A stretch of 64,000 nt of DNA, taken from assembly GCA_963762145.1 (NCBI GenBank), contig CAVXJS010000009.1, positions 768,001 to 832,000 on the forward strand, written 5' to 3'. The first letter of the stretch is position 1. The number at the start of each line of letters is the position of its first letter. Shown here piece after piece: positions 50,043 to 60,580 of the stretch. This stretch comes from an uncultured Candidatus Rokubacteria bacterium. GTDB lineage: Bacteria; Methylomirabilota; Methylomirabilia; Rokubacteriales; CSP1-6. The translations under genes and the position numbers were made by a program. The notes beneath the pieces were generated by a model. The model worked only from the letters and a program-made list of their open reading frames with translations, did no database searches and was not told the DNA's origin.

Positions 50043-50844
50043 GTGACCGTCCATCCCACCGCGGTGGTCGAGCCGGGCGCGAAGCTGGGTGAAGGCGTCG
50101 CGATCGGGCCGTACTGCGTGGTCGGCGGCGACGTCAATCTCGGCGACGGCGTCACCCTCGTCTCCCACGCGGTGGTCGCGGGCCATACCGAGATCGGGGC
50201 GGGCACGCGGATCTTCCCCTTCGCGTCCGATCGGGCACCAGCCCCAGGACCTCAAGTACCAGGGCGAGCCGTCCCGGCTGATCATCGGCCGTGACAACAC
50301 GATCCGCGAGTACGTGACCATGAATCCCGGGACCAAGGGCGGCAACATGGCGACGCGCGTCGGCGACGGCGGCTTGTTCATGGCCGGCACCCACGTCGCG
50401 CACGACTGCACGATCGGCGACGGCGTGATCATGGCCAACAACGCGACGCTCGCCGGGCACGTGACGATCGGCGACCACGCGGTGCTGGGCGGCCTGTGCG
50501 CGGTGCACCAGTTCGTGCGCATCGGCACGCTGGCGATGGTCGGCGGCCTGTCCGGCGTCGAGTTCGACGTGATCCCCTACGGCTCGGTGATCGGCAACCG
50601 CGCGTGGCTGGCTGGGTTGAACCTCGTGGGCCTGCGGCGCCGCGGCGTCGCGCGCGAGGACATCCACGCGCTGCGCCGCGCGTACCAGGAGCTGTTCGCG
50701 CCGGAAGGCACGATGGGCGAGCGACTCGAGCGCGTCGCCGAGCAGTACCGCGACTCGCCCCAAGTCGCCGAGGTGGTGGCGTTCATGCGGGCCCGATCGC
50801 AGCGGGGCATCTGCCAGGCGAAGCTGGAGGACGGGGCCGACTAA
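50043..50844 (+). CDS. lpxA: UDP-N-acetylglucosamine acyltransferase (frameshift near 50227)
   Basis: [31 protein letters not shown] and GLNLVGL motifs split over two frames. Confidence 0.9.
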
Positions 50845-50880
50845 TCGGCCGGGAGCCGGCCGGGAGACCGCGGCCCGGCG

Positions 50881-52087
50881 ATGCCTCACCGAAGCACCGA
50901 TTCCGGGTCGCCCCTCTGATCTACGCCGGCCCCTCTTCGTGGCCGGCGAGCCCTCCGGGGACCTCGTCGGCGCGCACCTGATGCGGGCGCTGCGCAGGAG
51001 ACGGGGCGGGCCGTGTCCGCTTCGCCGGCGTGGGCGGCGAGCAGATGGGCGAGGAGGGCTTGCGGAGCCTCTTTCCGCTCGCCGACATCGCGGTCATGGG
51101 GCTCCTCGAGGTGCTGCCGAAGGCGCCCCTGGGGCTGCGGCGAGTGCGCGAGACGGCGCCGACATCGAGCGGCAGCGGCCCGCGGCGCTGGTGAGCATCG
51201 ACTCGTGGGGCTTCAGCGGGCGTGTGGCCAAGCGCCTGAAGGCGGCGGGCTCCCGGACGCCGCGCATCCACTACGTCGCGCCGATGGTCTGGGCCTGGCG
51301 GCCGGGCCGCGCCCGCGTGCTCGCGCGGCTGCTCGATCACCTCCTGTGCCTGCTGCCGAACGAGCCCGCGTACTTCGAGGCGGTGGGCCTCGGCGCAACC
51401 CACGTCGGCCACCCGGTGATCGAGAGCGGTGCCGAGCGCGGCGACGGCGCCGGGTTCCGGCGCCGCCACGGGATCGACGGCCGAGTGCGCCGCTTCTCTG
51501 CCTGCTGCCCGGGAGCCGGGCCGGCGAGGTCGCTCGCCTCCTGCCGATCTTCGGGGAGCCCATTCGTCGGCTGCGGCCGAGTACCCCGGCCTGCGCGTGG
51601 TGATCCCGACCGTCGACATCGTCGCCGCGCAGGTGGGGCGCGCGGCCGCCGGCTCGACGGCGTCGTCGTGCGCGGGCGGCGGAGAAGTACGACGCGTTCG
51701 CCGCCGCGGACGTCGCGCTCGCCGCTTCGGGTACGGTGGCGGTGGAGCTGGCTCTGGCCGGAGTGCCCGCGGTCATCACCTACCGCGTGGCTCCCCTCAC
51801 CGCCGCGATCGCCCGACGCCTGCTCAAGATCCGGTACGTGAGCCTGGTCAACATCGTGCTCGATCGGCCGGCCGTGCCGGAGCTGCTTCAGGAGCACTGC
51901 CGTCCGGAGCGGCTCGTCGAGGCGGTGTCGACGCTCGCTCACGGACCCGGCCGCGCGGGAGACCCAGCGCGCGGCGGGACGCGAGGCGTTGGCCCGCCTG
52001 GGCTACGGGGGACCGCCACCGAGCGCGCGCGCGGCGCGGATCATCCTCGACCTGGTAGCGCGGCAGGCGGCCGGTCGGTCAGCGTGA
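50881..52087 (+). CDS. lpxB: lipid-A-disaccharide synthase (multiple frameshifts)
   Basis: AGEPSGD, HYVAPMVWAWR, VGHP, LLPGSR, SGT..VELA, SLVNI and PELLQ motifs spread over several frames. Confidence 0.85.
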
Positions 52088-52116
52088 TCGTCGCAACGGA
52101 TCGTTCTGCTGTTCAG

Positions 52117-52137
52117 TGGTGCCGAAGGGGGGATTCG
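52117..52137 (-). other. tRNA (Leu-like) 3'-end fragment, possible att site
   Basis: Minus strand CGAATCCCCCCTTCGGCACCA (T-arm 3' half, acceptor strand, CCA) with no intact tRNA body. Confidence 0.6.
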
Positions 52138-52651
52138 TTCGGGCCGCCCTTCGGCACATCCAGCCATGCGCCGGATTTTCGTGGATTCTGCTCGATGCGT
52201 CAAGCACTTCCGCGGTTCAGGTGGTTTATACCGGGTGACACGGACTGACCCTGTTTGAGACCAGTTCCCGATTTACTCTCGCTCGAACCCCCGGAATCCA
52301 GGTTGGGATTGTCAGACCCGCCCACAGGACCCTGCTTGGACACGTGACTCATCGCTATACGTTACGATACGCGCGTTTCGAGGCTCGGCCCGACTCGCGG
52401 CTTCCCGATCGGGGCGGATGGCCATGAATGACTCGGTCCGAGTAGAGTTCGAGTCAACCAGGCAGGGCTATGTGTCTGGCGGCAGACCAGTCAAGCAACA
52501 GGATGAGGGTGCGTCGCGGTTCGTGCCTGCTCGCTGCCTTGCTTTCGACGGTCTGACGCCGCCTTCGGCCTCCCGGCATCCTATGTGCTCACGGCATTCA
52601 TTCGGCAGGCGACTGCGCACAGAGCGCTACGAAGACCGGAGGCGTGGAGAA

Positions 52652-53448
52652 ATGGCGATAGCGACGCGTCAGCATCGAGGGCGGGCGAGGGCCGGCAAGC
52701 AGGACGCGCGGCGGTTCCCGCGCCAGGCCGTGTCGTGGCTCGTCACCGTTTCGATCGGGTCGCGTCAGCTCCAGGGGCGGACCAAAGACACCAGTGCGGC
52801 CGGGCCAAGATCCTCATCGACGAGCCGCCGCCGCTGGGCAGTCAGGTGCGCCTCCAGTTCCGGCCGACGGGCCGATTGCCCGTCGAAGCGCAGGGCCTTG
52901 TCTGGCGACTCGATGCCGACGGGTTCGCCTGTGTGTTCGTGGGGACTCTAGCGCCGGGGTTCCTGGCGGCCGTGGCTCCCTCGCGGGTGGAGGCCCCGCT
53001 GGTCCGCCCACCCGAAGTCAACGCCCGTCGGACGGTGCTGCGACCCCGCGGTGCGGCAGACTGGCCCTGGCCGCCCTCAGCGCCCGAGGCTACACCGTGC
53101 TCGATGCAGGGCCGCAGCCACTGCTGGCCCTACGCTTCGCCCACGAGCATCCGGCGCCCATCGATCTCCTCCTTGTCGACGTAGAGCTCCCGGCTGATGA
53201 ACGGGGAGCGCCTGGTGCAGCAGTTGCTGTCACACCGGCCGGCCGCCAAGGTGTTGCTCATCCCTCAGGGCTCGGCCCCACGTCCCACGGTTCCGGGAGC
53301 CTCCTGGCTACCCGCCCCGTGCGGCCAAGAGGATCTGGCCGTGTGCGTGCGTCAGGTACTCGTGGTGGAGACCCAGGCCGACGCTCCGGCTCAGAGCGCT
53401 GGCGAGCCCTCCGACGTGACCCGGTGGCCCTCACCAGCCGCGAGATAA
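52652..53448 (+). CDS. PilZ domain plus receiver (REC) domain protein (frameshifted)
   Basis: RRFPR and DTSAAG PilZ motifs, then GYTVL..A, IDLLLVDVELP, MNG and KVLLI of a REC domain across frames. Confidence 0.65.
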
Positions 53449-53604
53449 GCACGGACGCCGCGGCGACCACATGTCACCGGGTCGCCTGGGTGCCCGACAT
53501 CTGGTGGCCGTCCGCGCGGGGCGTCGCTCTCGAATCGCGATGATGCAGGATGGTCACCTCTTGGGCTCGGGAAGCCCCGCGGCCACCGCTGCGGGAGCGA
53601 CGAT

Positions 53605-53982
53605 CTATGACCGGTGAAGGATCTCGTGTACGCGGCGCGTGAGCTGGTCGAGATCGAACGGCTTGAGTAGCACCGGCACCTTTGTCGCCTCCAGGAAGCC
53701 GGCGTACTGCGGGGAGTCGACGAACCCTGACATGAAGAGCACGTGGGGTCGGCAGTCGGGCCAGCGGCGACTCACCTCCAAGTATAGGCTGGGACCGTCC
53801 AGCTTCGGCATCTTGAGATCGCTCACGATGAGGTCGTAGGGCGTCGGTCCCTCGAGCAGCCGGAGCGCCGCGGCGCCATCGGGCGCGGTGGTCACGTGAT
53901 GGCCGTCGGCGGTCAGGGTCGCGGCGACCAATTCCCGGATGGCAGCCTGGTCATCGACGACAAGGATACGGCCCGTGGACAT
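53605..53982 (-). CDS. single-domain response regulator (CheY-like)
   Basis: ILVVDD, DLIVSDLKMPKLDG, MSG and KPF motifs. Start ATG 53982. Confidence 0.9.
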   Translation of the reverse strand: MSTGRILVVDDQAAIRELVAATLTADGHHVTTAPDGAAALRLLEGPTPYDLIVSDLKMPKLDGPSLYLEVSRRWPDCRPHVLFMSGFVDSPQYAGFLEATKVPVLLKPFDLDQLTRRVHEILHRS

Positions 53983-54570
53983 ATCGTACGAGGGAGCAAG
54001 TCTTGTTCCAGGCTCAAGGGACTCAAGCAACCCGGGTGGTTACAGCAGACGGAGCGGTCACTACGGGGACGATGGCGGCATCCTGTTGACAATCCCTGTC
54101 GACGGCGTGAGCCTGCGGGCTCTGCGTGACCAGGAGACGTAGCAGAAGCTGCGCATGCAGCCACCTGAGTTCGCCACTAGCCGGCGCACCGGGACTGGCT
54201 GCTGCGGGTGTGGACGTTCAGAAGATGGGCTCCGACGCTCGCGAGGCTTTCGCGCTCAAGGTCGCCTCGCTGAGAACGTCCGTTTGGCCCTGGGGCGGCA
54301 GCGGCTCACCTGGATCCGGTCTCTCACGCTGAGTGGACCAAAGGCCGCGATGCAACCCAACGCGCAGGCTTTCGACCTTCACCTTGTCCCTCATGTCCGC
54401 AGCCGTGCTACGAGTGACGGCCGGCCGACAGCCTTACTGACGGATTCGAAGCGTATTGGGGACAGCTCGAACAGGGGCCGTACGCTAAGCGACCGTGAAG
54501 TCACACTGTAGTCCCCGCGCAACGACTTGGCAGACGGCATGCAACACCAGGACCACTACGCCAGGACTTA

Positions 54571-55041
54571 ATGCGCAGGAGGTCCCTCGATATGATGCTA
54601 GTGCTCGCACTCACCGCGATCTTCGCTCTCGCGGTCGTCAGCCCGGTGGCGGCCGATAACGTCAGCATTGGCGTCAAGATTGGCGTGCCGGCGCCGCCGC
54701 GGGTTGTCGTCGTGCCTCCACCCCCGCCGGTCGTCCTCGTGGCGCCCCCCAAGCTCGTTGTTGTCCCGGGCTCACCCGTGTTCTATGCGCCGGGCGTCAG
54801 CGCCAATTTCTTCGCCTACGGCGGCCGGTACTACAGCTTCCACGAGGGGGCGTGGTTTGTCGCGACGGCACATGGCGCCCCGTGGGCGACGATTGCACCG
54901 GGTCGAGTGCCGCAGCCAGTCCTCGCGGTTCCAGTCGCGTACTACAAGATTCCTCCGGGGCACGCGAAGAAGATGGGGGGCCGGAGTGAAGCGCCAGGAC
55001 GCGGCTGCCCGCCTGGGCTCGCCAAACAGGGGCGCTGCTAG
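54571..55041 (+). CDS. secreted Pro/Val-rich hypothetical protein with PPGxAK motifs
   Basis: Signal peptide, VVVPPPPP stretch, PPGHAKK and PPGLAKQ. Confidence 0.75.
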   Translation: MRRRSLDMMLVLALTAIFALAVVSPVAADNVSIGVKIGVPAPPRVVVVPPPPPVVLVAPPKLVVVPGSPVFYAPGVSANFFAYGGRYYSFHEGAWFVATAHGAPWATIAPGRVPQPVLAVPVAYYKIPPGHAKKMGGRSEAPGRGCPPGLAKQGRC

Positions 55042-55904
55042 TCATGCGTTTCGTCATCGCGGTAGCACTCACCGCAGGCATCGTACTCGTCGCCGGGCAG
55101 GTGGAGCGCTCAGTACCGATACACGGACGACAAAGGGGTCAGTAAGATGACCCAGTACAAGCTGCTAGGTCCCCGCTCCCTATCGCGACAGCGGCCGTCT
55201 GGATCGGACCAACCGGTGTTGGCCATCCAGACTTGAGTGAGGAACAGCGGCAGGTGGAAGCGGCGTGAAAACGCATACCGCCGCATCGGGGACGGCGATC
55301 GAACCCAGAAGAGATCGGCTGGCGGAACAATCGGTCAGGCTTCAGCGGAAAGCCGTAGAGCTAGAACGCCAGCGCCAGTTGCGAGCTGATTAGCGTTCCT
55401 GCCCGGCGCGGGCCCGACGAGCCCAGCCTCGGGATTCGCGATCATCCCGTTTGAGCGCGCCCACGGCGCGCGGGTCGACCGGCGTCATGCGGTGGTCCCG
55501 ATGGCGGCGATCCCCGAGCAAGAACGAGGACGCGGAGAAGGGAGTCACGGGTACAAGGCAGGTTCGCGCTCCTGCCCACGGTGGATCACGTGACGGCTGC
55601 GGCAACGGAGCGAGGAGTGGCCAACCGGACATTGCGCCGAGACCGCTGGCTGACGTTCGCTTGCCGCTGCCGCTTGCCTTGGAGCTTAGAGCGCCGAGGT
55701 TTCAGGCCTACCCACCGGCCAAAAGGAGGACTTCCAATCCTGGAGCCGGTTCCCGAGAGCGCGCCTAGGCCCCGAGAGGTTGGGGCACAACCCATAACGC
55801 CGGAACCGTGGCGTTATGTACAGGAACCGCGCGATGTACGATCGTTGCGGAGGGCTTGCACCCGCTGTACGCCTTCGACGCTGGTGCCAGTCTGTCGAGC
55901 ACAC

Positions 55905-56290
55905 CTATCGTGTGCCAACGAGGACGGGCTGGAAGAGGCAGCCGTCGATCCGGCGGCACCCGCGTGAAACCCGCCTCCTCCATCAGGACCGCCATGCGCT
56001 CGATGCTGATCGCAAAGTATGTCGTTCGGGCGTCCGAAGGACGACTCCCTTGTCATTCGTCACCAACTCAAAGGCCACATCGTAGAACTGACCTCGCCAT
56101 CGGCGGGTTTGCCGCAGGCGGTACAGGCGCGCAGACCAGATGCGGTCCCCATAGCCCGGGTCTCGACCGTCCCGGGCGACGGAGGCGCGCCGTAATCCCG
56201 CATCGAAATTACGCAGCCGCCCCGAGGCCGAATGCACCGGAAGCATTCCCGGAAGGCACTTTGGATGTCATTCTCGGTAAGCAGGTGCGG
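55905..56290 (-). pseudogene. C-terminal half of a class I SAM-dependent methyltransferase
   Basis: PHLLTENDIQSAFRECFRCIRP.GGCVISMRDY...LMEEAGF...QPVLVGTR with frameshifts. The N-terminal SAM-binding part is absent. Confidence 0.6.
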
Positions 56291-56528
56291 GCCTCCCGGA
56301 GGCCGGGGCGCAGTGCAAGCTCGTACCAGGTGACGTCGCCGACCTCTTCCTGGAGGAGACGGATGAACGCGTGGCTGCCGGTTCCCGCCCACGAGTGGGC
56401 GAACGTCGCCTGGTCGACGCCGTAGTGCGGATAGAAGTCCTCAAAGACATCGCAGAAGTCGAAGAAGGCAACTTTCAGTCGCGCTCGGCTCGCGGGCTCG
56501 ACGGCGGGGGAATGGGCGCGCTAGTCAC
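56290..56528 (-). pseudogene. N-terminal fragment of a glycosyltransferase-like gene
   Basis: Reads RLKVAFFDFCDVFEDFYPHYGVDQATFAHSWAGTGSHAF...VTWYEL, then breaks off. Not in the ORF track. Confidence 0.55.
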
Positions 56529-57759
56529 GGGGCCTCATCGCCTCCTCCACGAGGCGGGCCAGAACCCGGTCCGAGTCGAAGTATTCGGCGGCGAACGCCC
56601 GCGCGGCCCGCGCGTGCCGGCGGTATCTGGCAAGGACATCGCGGATCGCGTCCACCGCCTCGTCCGGCGACGAGAAGGCGACGACCCCCTCGCCAGTCGG
56701 GAGCACCGCGCTGAAGCCGGTGTCCTGGACGACGACCGGGCGCCCCGCCGCCAGGTAGCAGGCCGAGCGGCAGCTGAACCACCCCGGCCGGCCGACGACG
56801 TAACCATGCTTGGCGACACTCCACTCGGCCTTGGAAGTCGTGATGTAGCGGCGATAGCGCTCCAGACTTCCGGCGACCCGCCGGGCCGAGGTGACCCGCC
56901 ACCCCGCCCGGCGCAAGACCGCCTCGGGCGGGATCGGGCCGGGCCGCACCGCGCCGGGGGTGGTCTCCCAACCCGCGTGGCCCGTGCCCCCTAGCGCGAG
57001 CTCGAGTCGAGCTGGCCGTACCGCGGCGGCGATGCCCAGATAGCGCCGCAACTCGAGATCCTTCTGCCCGTACCAGCGGCCCTGGTGACGCAGCGGCTTG
57101 TAGCTCGTCCAGCTCAGGACCGTCGTGAACATCTCGCGCGTGGGTTCTTCCGGCCGCCATTCAGAGAGGAGGACCGGCTGGCGGGTGGGGCGCCAAGGAA
57201 TGCCGTTCGCGTACTCGGTCTTGCCGATGCGCTCGCCGAAGCTGAAGGCCACGTCGTGGGCGGAGAATCGCTTCTGGAATTTGCGTTCACCTTGCCGCAG
57301 CCGGAGCTTGACCTGCGTGAAGACCGGATCGGAGTCGACGTAGGCGAGCCGCGAGATGGCGCGGTAGTCCGAGGGACGGCGGAGTGTGCCCGAGACGTTG
57401 ATGAGCAGGTCGGCGCCCGAGAGCACCTCGCGCCGCCGCGGCCCGGAGAGGCCATACCAGCGCCCGGTGATGGGGAAGCGGTACATCCAGCGATCCGCAA
57501 GGTGGAAGCGGTCCATCACCGTCGCCAGGTGACGCACGTTTGCACTCGGATCGTAGGCGATCCGGCTCTCCTTCGTCTCGCCGCCGTCGAGTCGGTAGGG
57601 CCACTGGCCGGAGTCCTCGAGATAGTAGACGTCGTGGCCGAGCCGGGCGAGGCCGGCGGGATACTGGGCATAGTCCCACGCGACCCCTCCGAGCGAGGGA
57701 TGCTGCGCGATCAATCCGGTCACGACGATACGAAGGGACGAGTTCGAAGCGGTCGTCAC
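56521..57759 (-). CDS. uncharacterised GT-B glycosyltransferase-like protein, paralog 1
   Basis: GGVAWDYAQY..GL.RLGHDVYYLED, D.DPVFTQ, SKAEWSVAKHGYV and GWFSCRSACYLAAGRPVVVQDTGFS motifs. Confidence 0.8.
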   Translation of the reverse strand: MTTASNSSLRIVVTGLIAQHPSLGGVAWDYAQYPAGLARLGHDVYYLEDSGQWPYRLDGGETKESRIAYDPSANVRHLATVMDRFHLADRWMYRFPITGRWYGLSGPRRREVLSGADLLINVSGTLRRPSDYRAISRLAYVDSDPVFTQVKLRLRQGERKFQKRFSAHDVAFSFGERIGKTEYANGIPWRPTRQPVLLSEWRPEEPTREMFTTVLSWTSYKPLRHQGRWYGQKDLELRRYLGIAAAVRPARLELALGGTGHAGWETTPGAVRPGPIPPEAVLRRAGWRVTSARRVAGSLERYRRYITTSKAEWSVAKHGYVVGRPGWFSCRSACYLAAGRPVVVQDTGFSAVLPTGEGVVAFSSPDEAVDAIRDVLARYRRHARAARAFAAEYFDSDRVLARLVEEAMRPRD

Positions 57760-57784
57760 GAAAGGACTTCGGGGCTCGCTCGAG

Positions 57785-58810
57785 TCACGGCCCGGGCGCG
57801 CCGGCGCGGAGCGCCGGGATCGCTTTTGCCAATCCGTCGTGGTAAACGCGGAACTGGGACATCGACCGCGGGAGGACCCTGGTCGCGCCATGCCCGGCGA
57901 GGCCCTCGCAGGCCCACTTCACCGAGTCGATCAGCCGGAAGATCGTGCCGAGGTTCATCAGAACGGCCAGGTCGGCGCCGCCGCGCGGCCAGGACTGGCC
58001 GACCACGGAGCGATACACGCTCATCTCCGGGCTCGCCGAGAGCGCGACCGATTCGTCCGCGGGGCCGACGATGCTCGCGGTAACGAGGTCGACGGTCGGC
58101 AGCCCCCACCCGGCCGTTTCCCAGTCCAGAGGCAGCAGGACTGGACCGGTGGGGGCGGCACGGATGGGCACGTTCTTCCTGACGAAGTCGCCATGCACGA
58201 GCGTGCGGGCCTCCGACGCGCACGCCCGCTCGATCTTGGTCCAGTGCGCTCCCAGCAGATCGCACTGCGCCACGAGCGATTCCAGGGTGTACCGGTCGTG
58301 CGCCTCGAGGGGAAGCTCGGCCAGGACGCGGGCGATCACGGCTCGCGCCGATTGCAACCGGGCTCGGTAGTGGTTCGGGCCACGGTCGGGCAGCCCGTCC
58401 GCCACCGTTACTGTGGCCGTGGAGGCGTGCAGACTCCGAGCCACCGCGCCGCGACCAGCCGCTGCTTGTCGCTCGCCGGGAGTATCGCTCGCGGCCGGCA
58501 TCCTCGACGAAAATCCAGTGACGCTGGTCTTCCGACGGCAGGAACCCATAATAGTGCAGACGGGCCAGAGGTAGCTGCGGAAGGACCCCCTCGTAGACAA
58601 TCCGCTCCACCACGGCGTTCTCGACCGGTACTGCTTGGCGATTACCGCCGAGCCCCCGATGCCGACCCCGGCGATCCGGTAGACGCCAGACTTGTTCGTC
58701 TCCTGCAAGGTCTCGAGTCCCGTGAGCCGGCGCCGCTGTGGGTGGAGAACGCGCCAGGCCTGGATGGCGGGGTGGTCCTCGAGCCTCCCGCTCCGGGGCA
58801 TCTCCGCCAT
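57785..58810 (-). CDS. aminoglycoside phosphotransferase-like kinase (two compensating frameshifts, about 58450-58625)
   Basis: VIAK, LVHGDF..KN and DWE motifs. Confidence 0.75.
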   Translation of the reverse strand: MAEMPRSGRLEDHPAIQAWRVLHPQRRRLTGLETLQETNKSGVYRIAGVGIGGSAVIAKQYRSRTPWWSGLSTRGSFRSYLWPVCTIMGSCRRKTSVTGFSSRMPAASDTPGERQAAAGRGAVARSLHASTATVTVADGLPDRGPNHYRARLQSARAVIARVLAELPLEAHDRYTLESLVAQCDLLGAHWTKIERACASEARTLVHGDFVRKNVPIRAAPTGPVLLPLDWETAGWGLPTVDLVTASIVGPADESVALSASPEMSVYRSVVGQSWPRGGADLAVLMNLGTIFRLIDSVKWACEGLAGHGATRVLPRSMSQFRVYHDGLAKAIPALRAGAPGP

Positions 58811-58816
58811 CGGGGG

Positions 58817-60580
58817 CTAGACATCGACGCGGCCCGCCGGGTGGGTGGCGCCGGAGCCCATGGGCGTCCAGGCGTTCACTAGTCGGCCGCCTTCGATCCG
58901 GAGCGGCACGTCGCAGCCGCCGCGGGCTCGGGCGGTGGGCGATCAGGAAGGTGGTGCGGCCGCGCATCGAGCTCCATCGCCTCCATGATCGCGGCCTCGG
59001 TCTCGCAGGTCGACCGAACTGGTCGGCTCGTCGAGGATCAGGATCGGGGCGTCCTTCAGGAACGCGCGGGCCAGCGCGATGCGCTGCCGCTCGCCGCCGG
59101 AGAGCCGCATGCCGCGCTCGCCGACCCGCGTCTCGTAGCCCTCGCGGCAGCCGCGACGATGAAGTCGTGGGCGTTGGCCGCCCTCGCCGCGGCGACGATC
59201 TCCTCTCGGCTGGCGCCGGGCCGGGCGTAGGCGATGTTCTCGGCGATGCTGGTCGAGAACAGCACCGGCTCCTGCAGGACGATGGCGAACTGGTTGCGCA
59301 GGTCGGCCAGCCGGTAGTCGCGCAGGTCGACGCCGTCGAGCAGGATCTGGCCCGCGGTCGGGTCGTAGAAGCGGGTCAGCAGGCTGACCAGGCGTGGTCT
59401 TGCCCGCCCCGGTCGCGCCCGCGATGCCGACGCGCGGTCCCGGCCGGGACCTCGAAGGAGACGCCGTGCAGGACCGGCGCGGTCCGTCGCGTAGGCGAAG
59501 GAGACGTCGCGGAAGGTGACGGCCCCCGCGGCGCGCGCGAGCGGGCGGGCGTCCGGCCGCTCGGCGACGTCCGGGGCCTCGTCGAGCAGCGCGAAGGCCC
59601 GCTCGGCGCTGGCCAGGTGGCGACTGCAGGCTGCCGCCTTCTTGCTCATGGTCTTCAGCGGCGCGTAGAGCTGCGACAGGTAGCCCATGACCAGGAGCAG
59701 CTCGCCCAGGGTGAGGGGCCCGCACTGGACGTGGCGGACGCCGATGAAGAGGACGGCGGCCGTCCCCGCCGCGGTGGTCAGGCCGACCAGGAGGCCGAAG
59801 CCGCCCTCGGCCAGGGCGAAGCGGAGTGCGGGCCCGCATGCCCTCGCTGGAGCGGTGGACGAAGCGCCTCTCTTCGCGCTCCTCCTGTCCGAACGCCTTG
59901 ACCACGCGGAGGCCGCCAGCACCTCCTGGACCACCGACAGGGCCGCGCTCTCGAGCTTCTTCACCTCCCGCGAGTGCGTGCGCAGGCGCGCCGATAGGCG
60001 TGCGAGACCAGAGAACAGGACCGGGGCGACCGCCAGCGCGACCAGGGCCAGCTGCCAGTCGAACCGGCGGTGACGTAGATCATCGCCACCAGGGTGCGAG
60101 GCGGTGACCAAAGGGATGACGCCGTCGATGGCGATGTACTGGATGGCGGGGGCGTCGTACTGGATCCGGTAGGTCGAGTCGACGGTCCCTCGACGTCGTG
60201 GTACGCGAGCGAGAGGCGCTGGAGCGTGGCGGAAGAGCTGGCGCGGAAACGCCAGGACCAGCCTCTCGCCGGTGTACGCGCGCAGCACGAGGGCGAGCGC
60301 CTGGAGCTGGCTCAGCAGGGCGACGGCCACCAGGAGGCCGGCCGCGAGAGCAGCACGCGCCGTCCGGAGCGGTGACCGCCGCCGGCAGGCAGCACGTCGA
60401 AGAAGCCGCGGGAGCGGCTGGGAGCCGAGGACGCTGTCGACGGCGATCTTCAGCGGCAGGGGCGTCAGCAGCGCCAGCGGGCGTCGACAGCAGGCTGAGC
60501 AGGAAGATGCCCGCGATGTGGGGCCAGTAGGGCCGCGCCTGTCGTGCCAAGCGATGGGAGAGGGCCGGTCCCGCCGTCAC
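58817..60580 (-). CDS. ABC exporter, fused permease plus ATPase (MsbA-like, many frameshifts)
   Basis: TM helices, [23 protein letters not shown] and IAHR motifs across frames. Confidence 0.85.

Noticed and set aside
54000-55900. Short ORFs in the lower-GC stretch other than 54571-55041
   Set aside because: No recognisable motifs or consistent codon bias. Probably decayed remnants that cannot be assigned without a search.
57785-58810. Aminoglycoside resistance gene
   Set aside because: Only the generic kinase fold motifs are present, and the glycan-cluster context points to a biosynthetic kinase.
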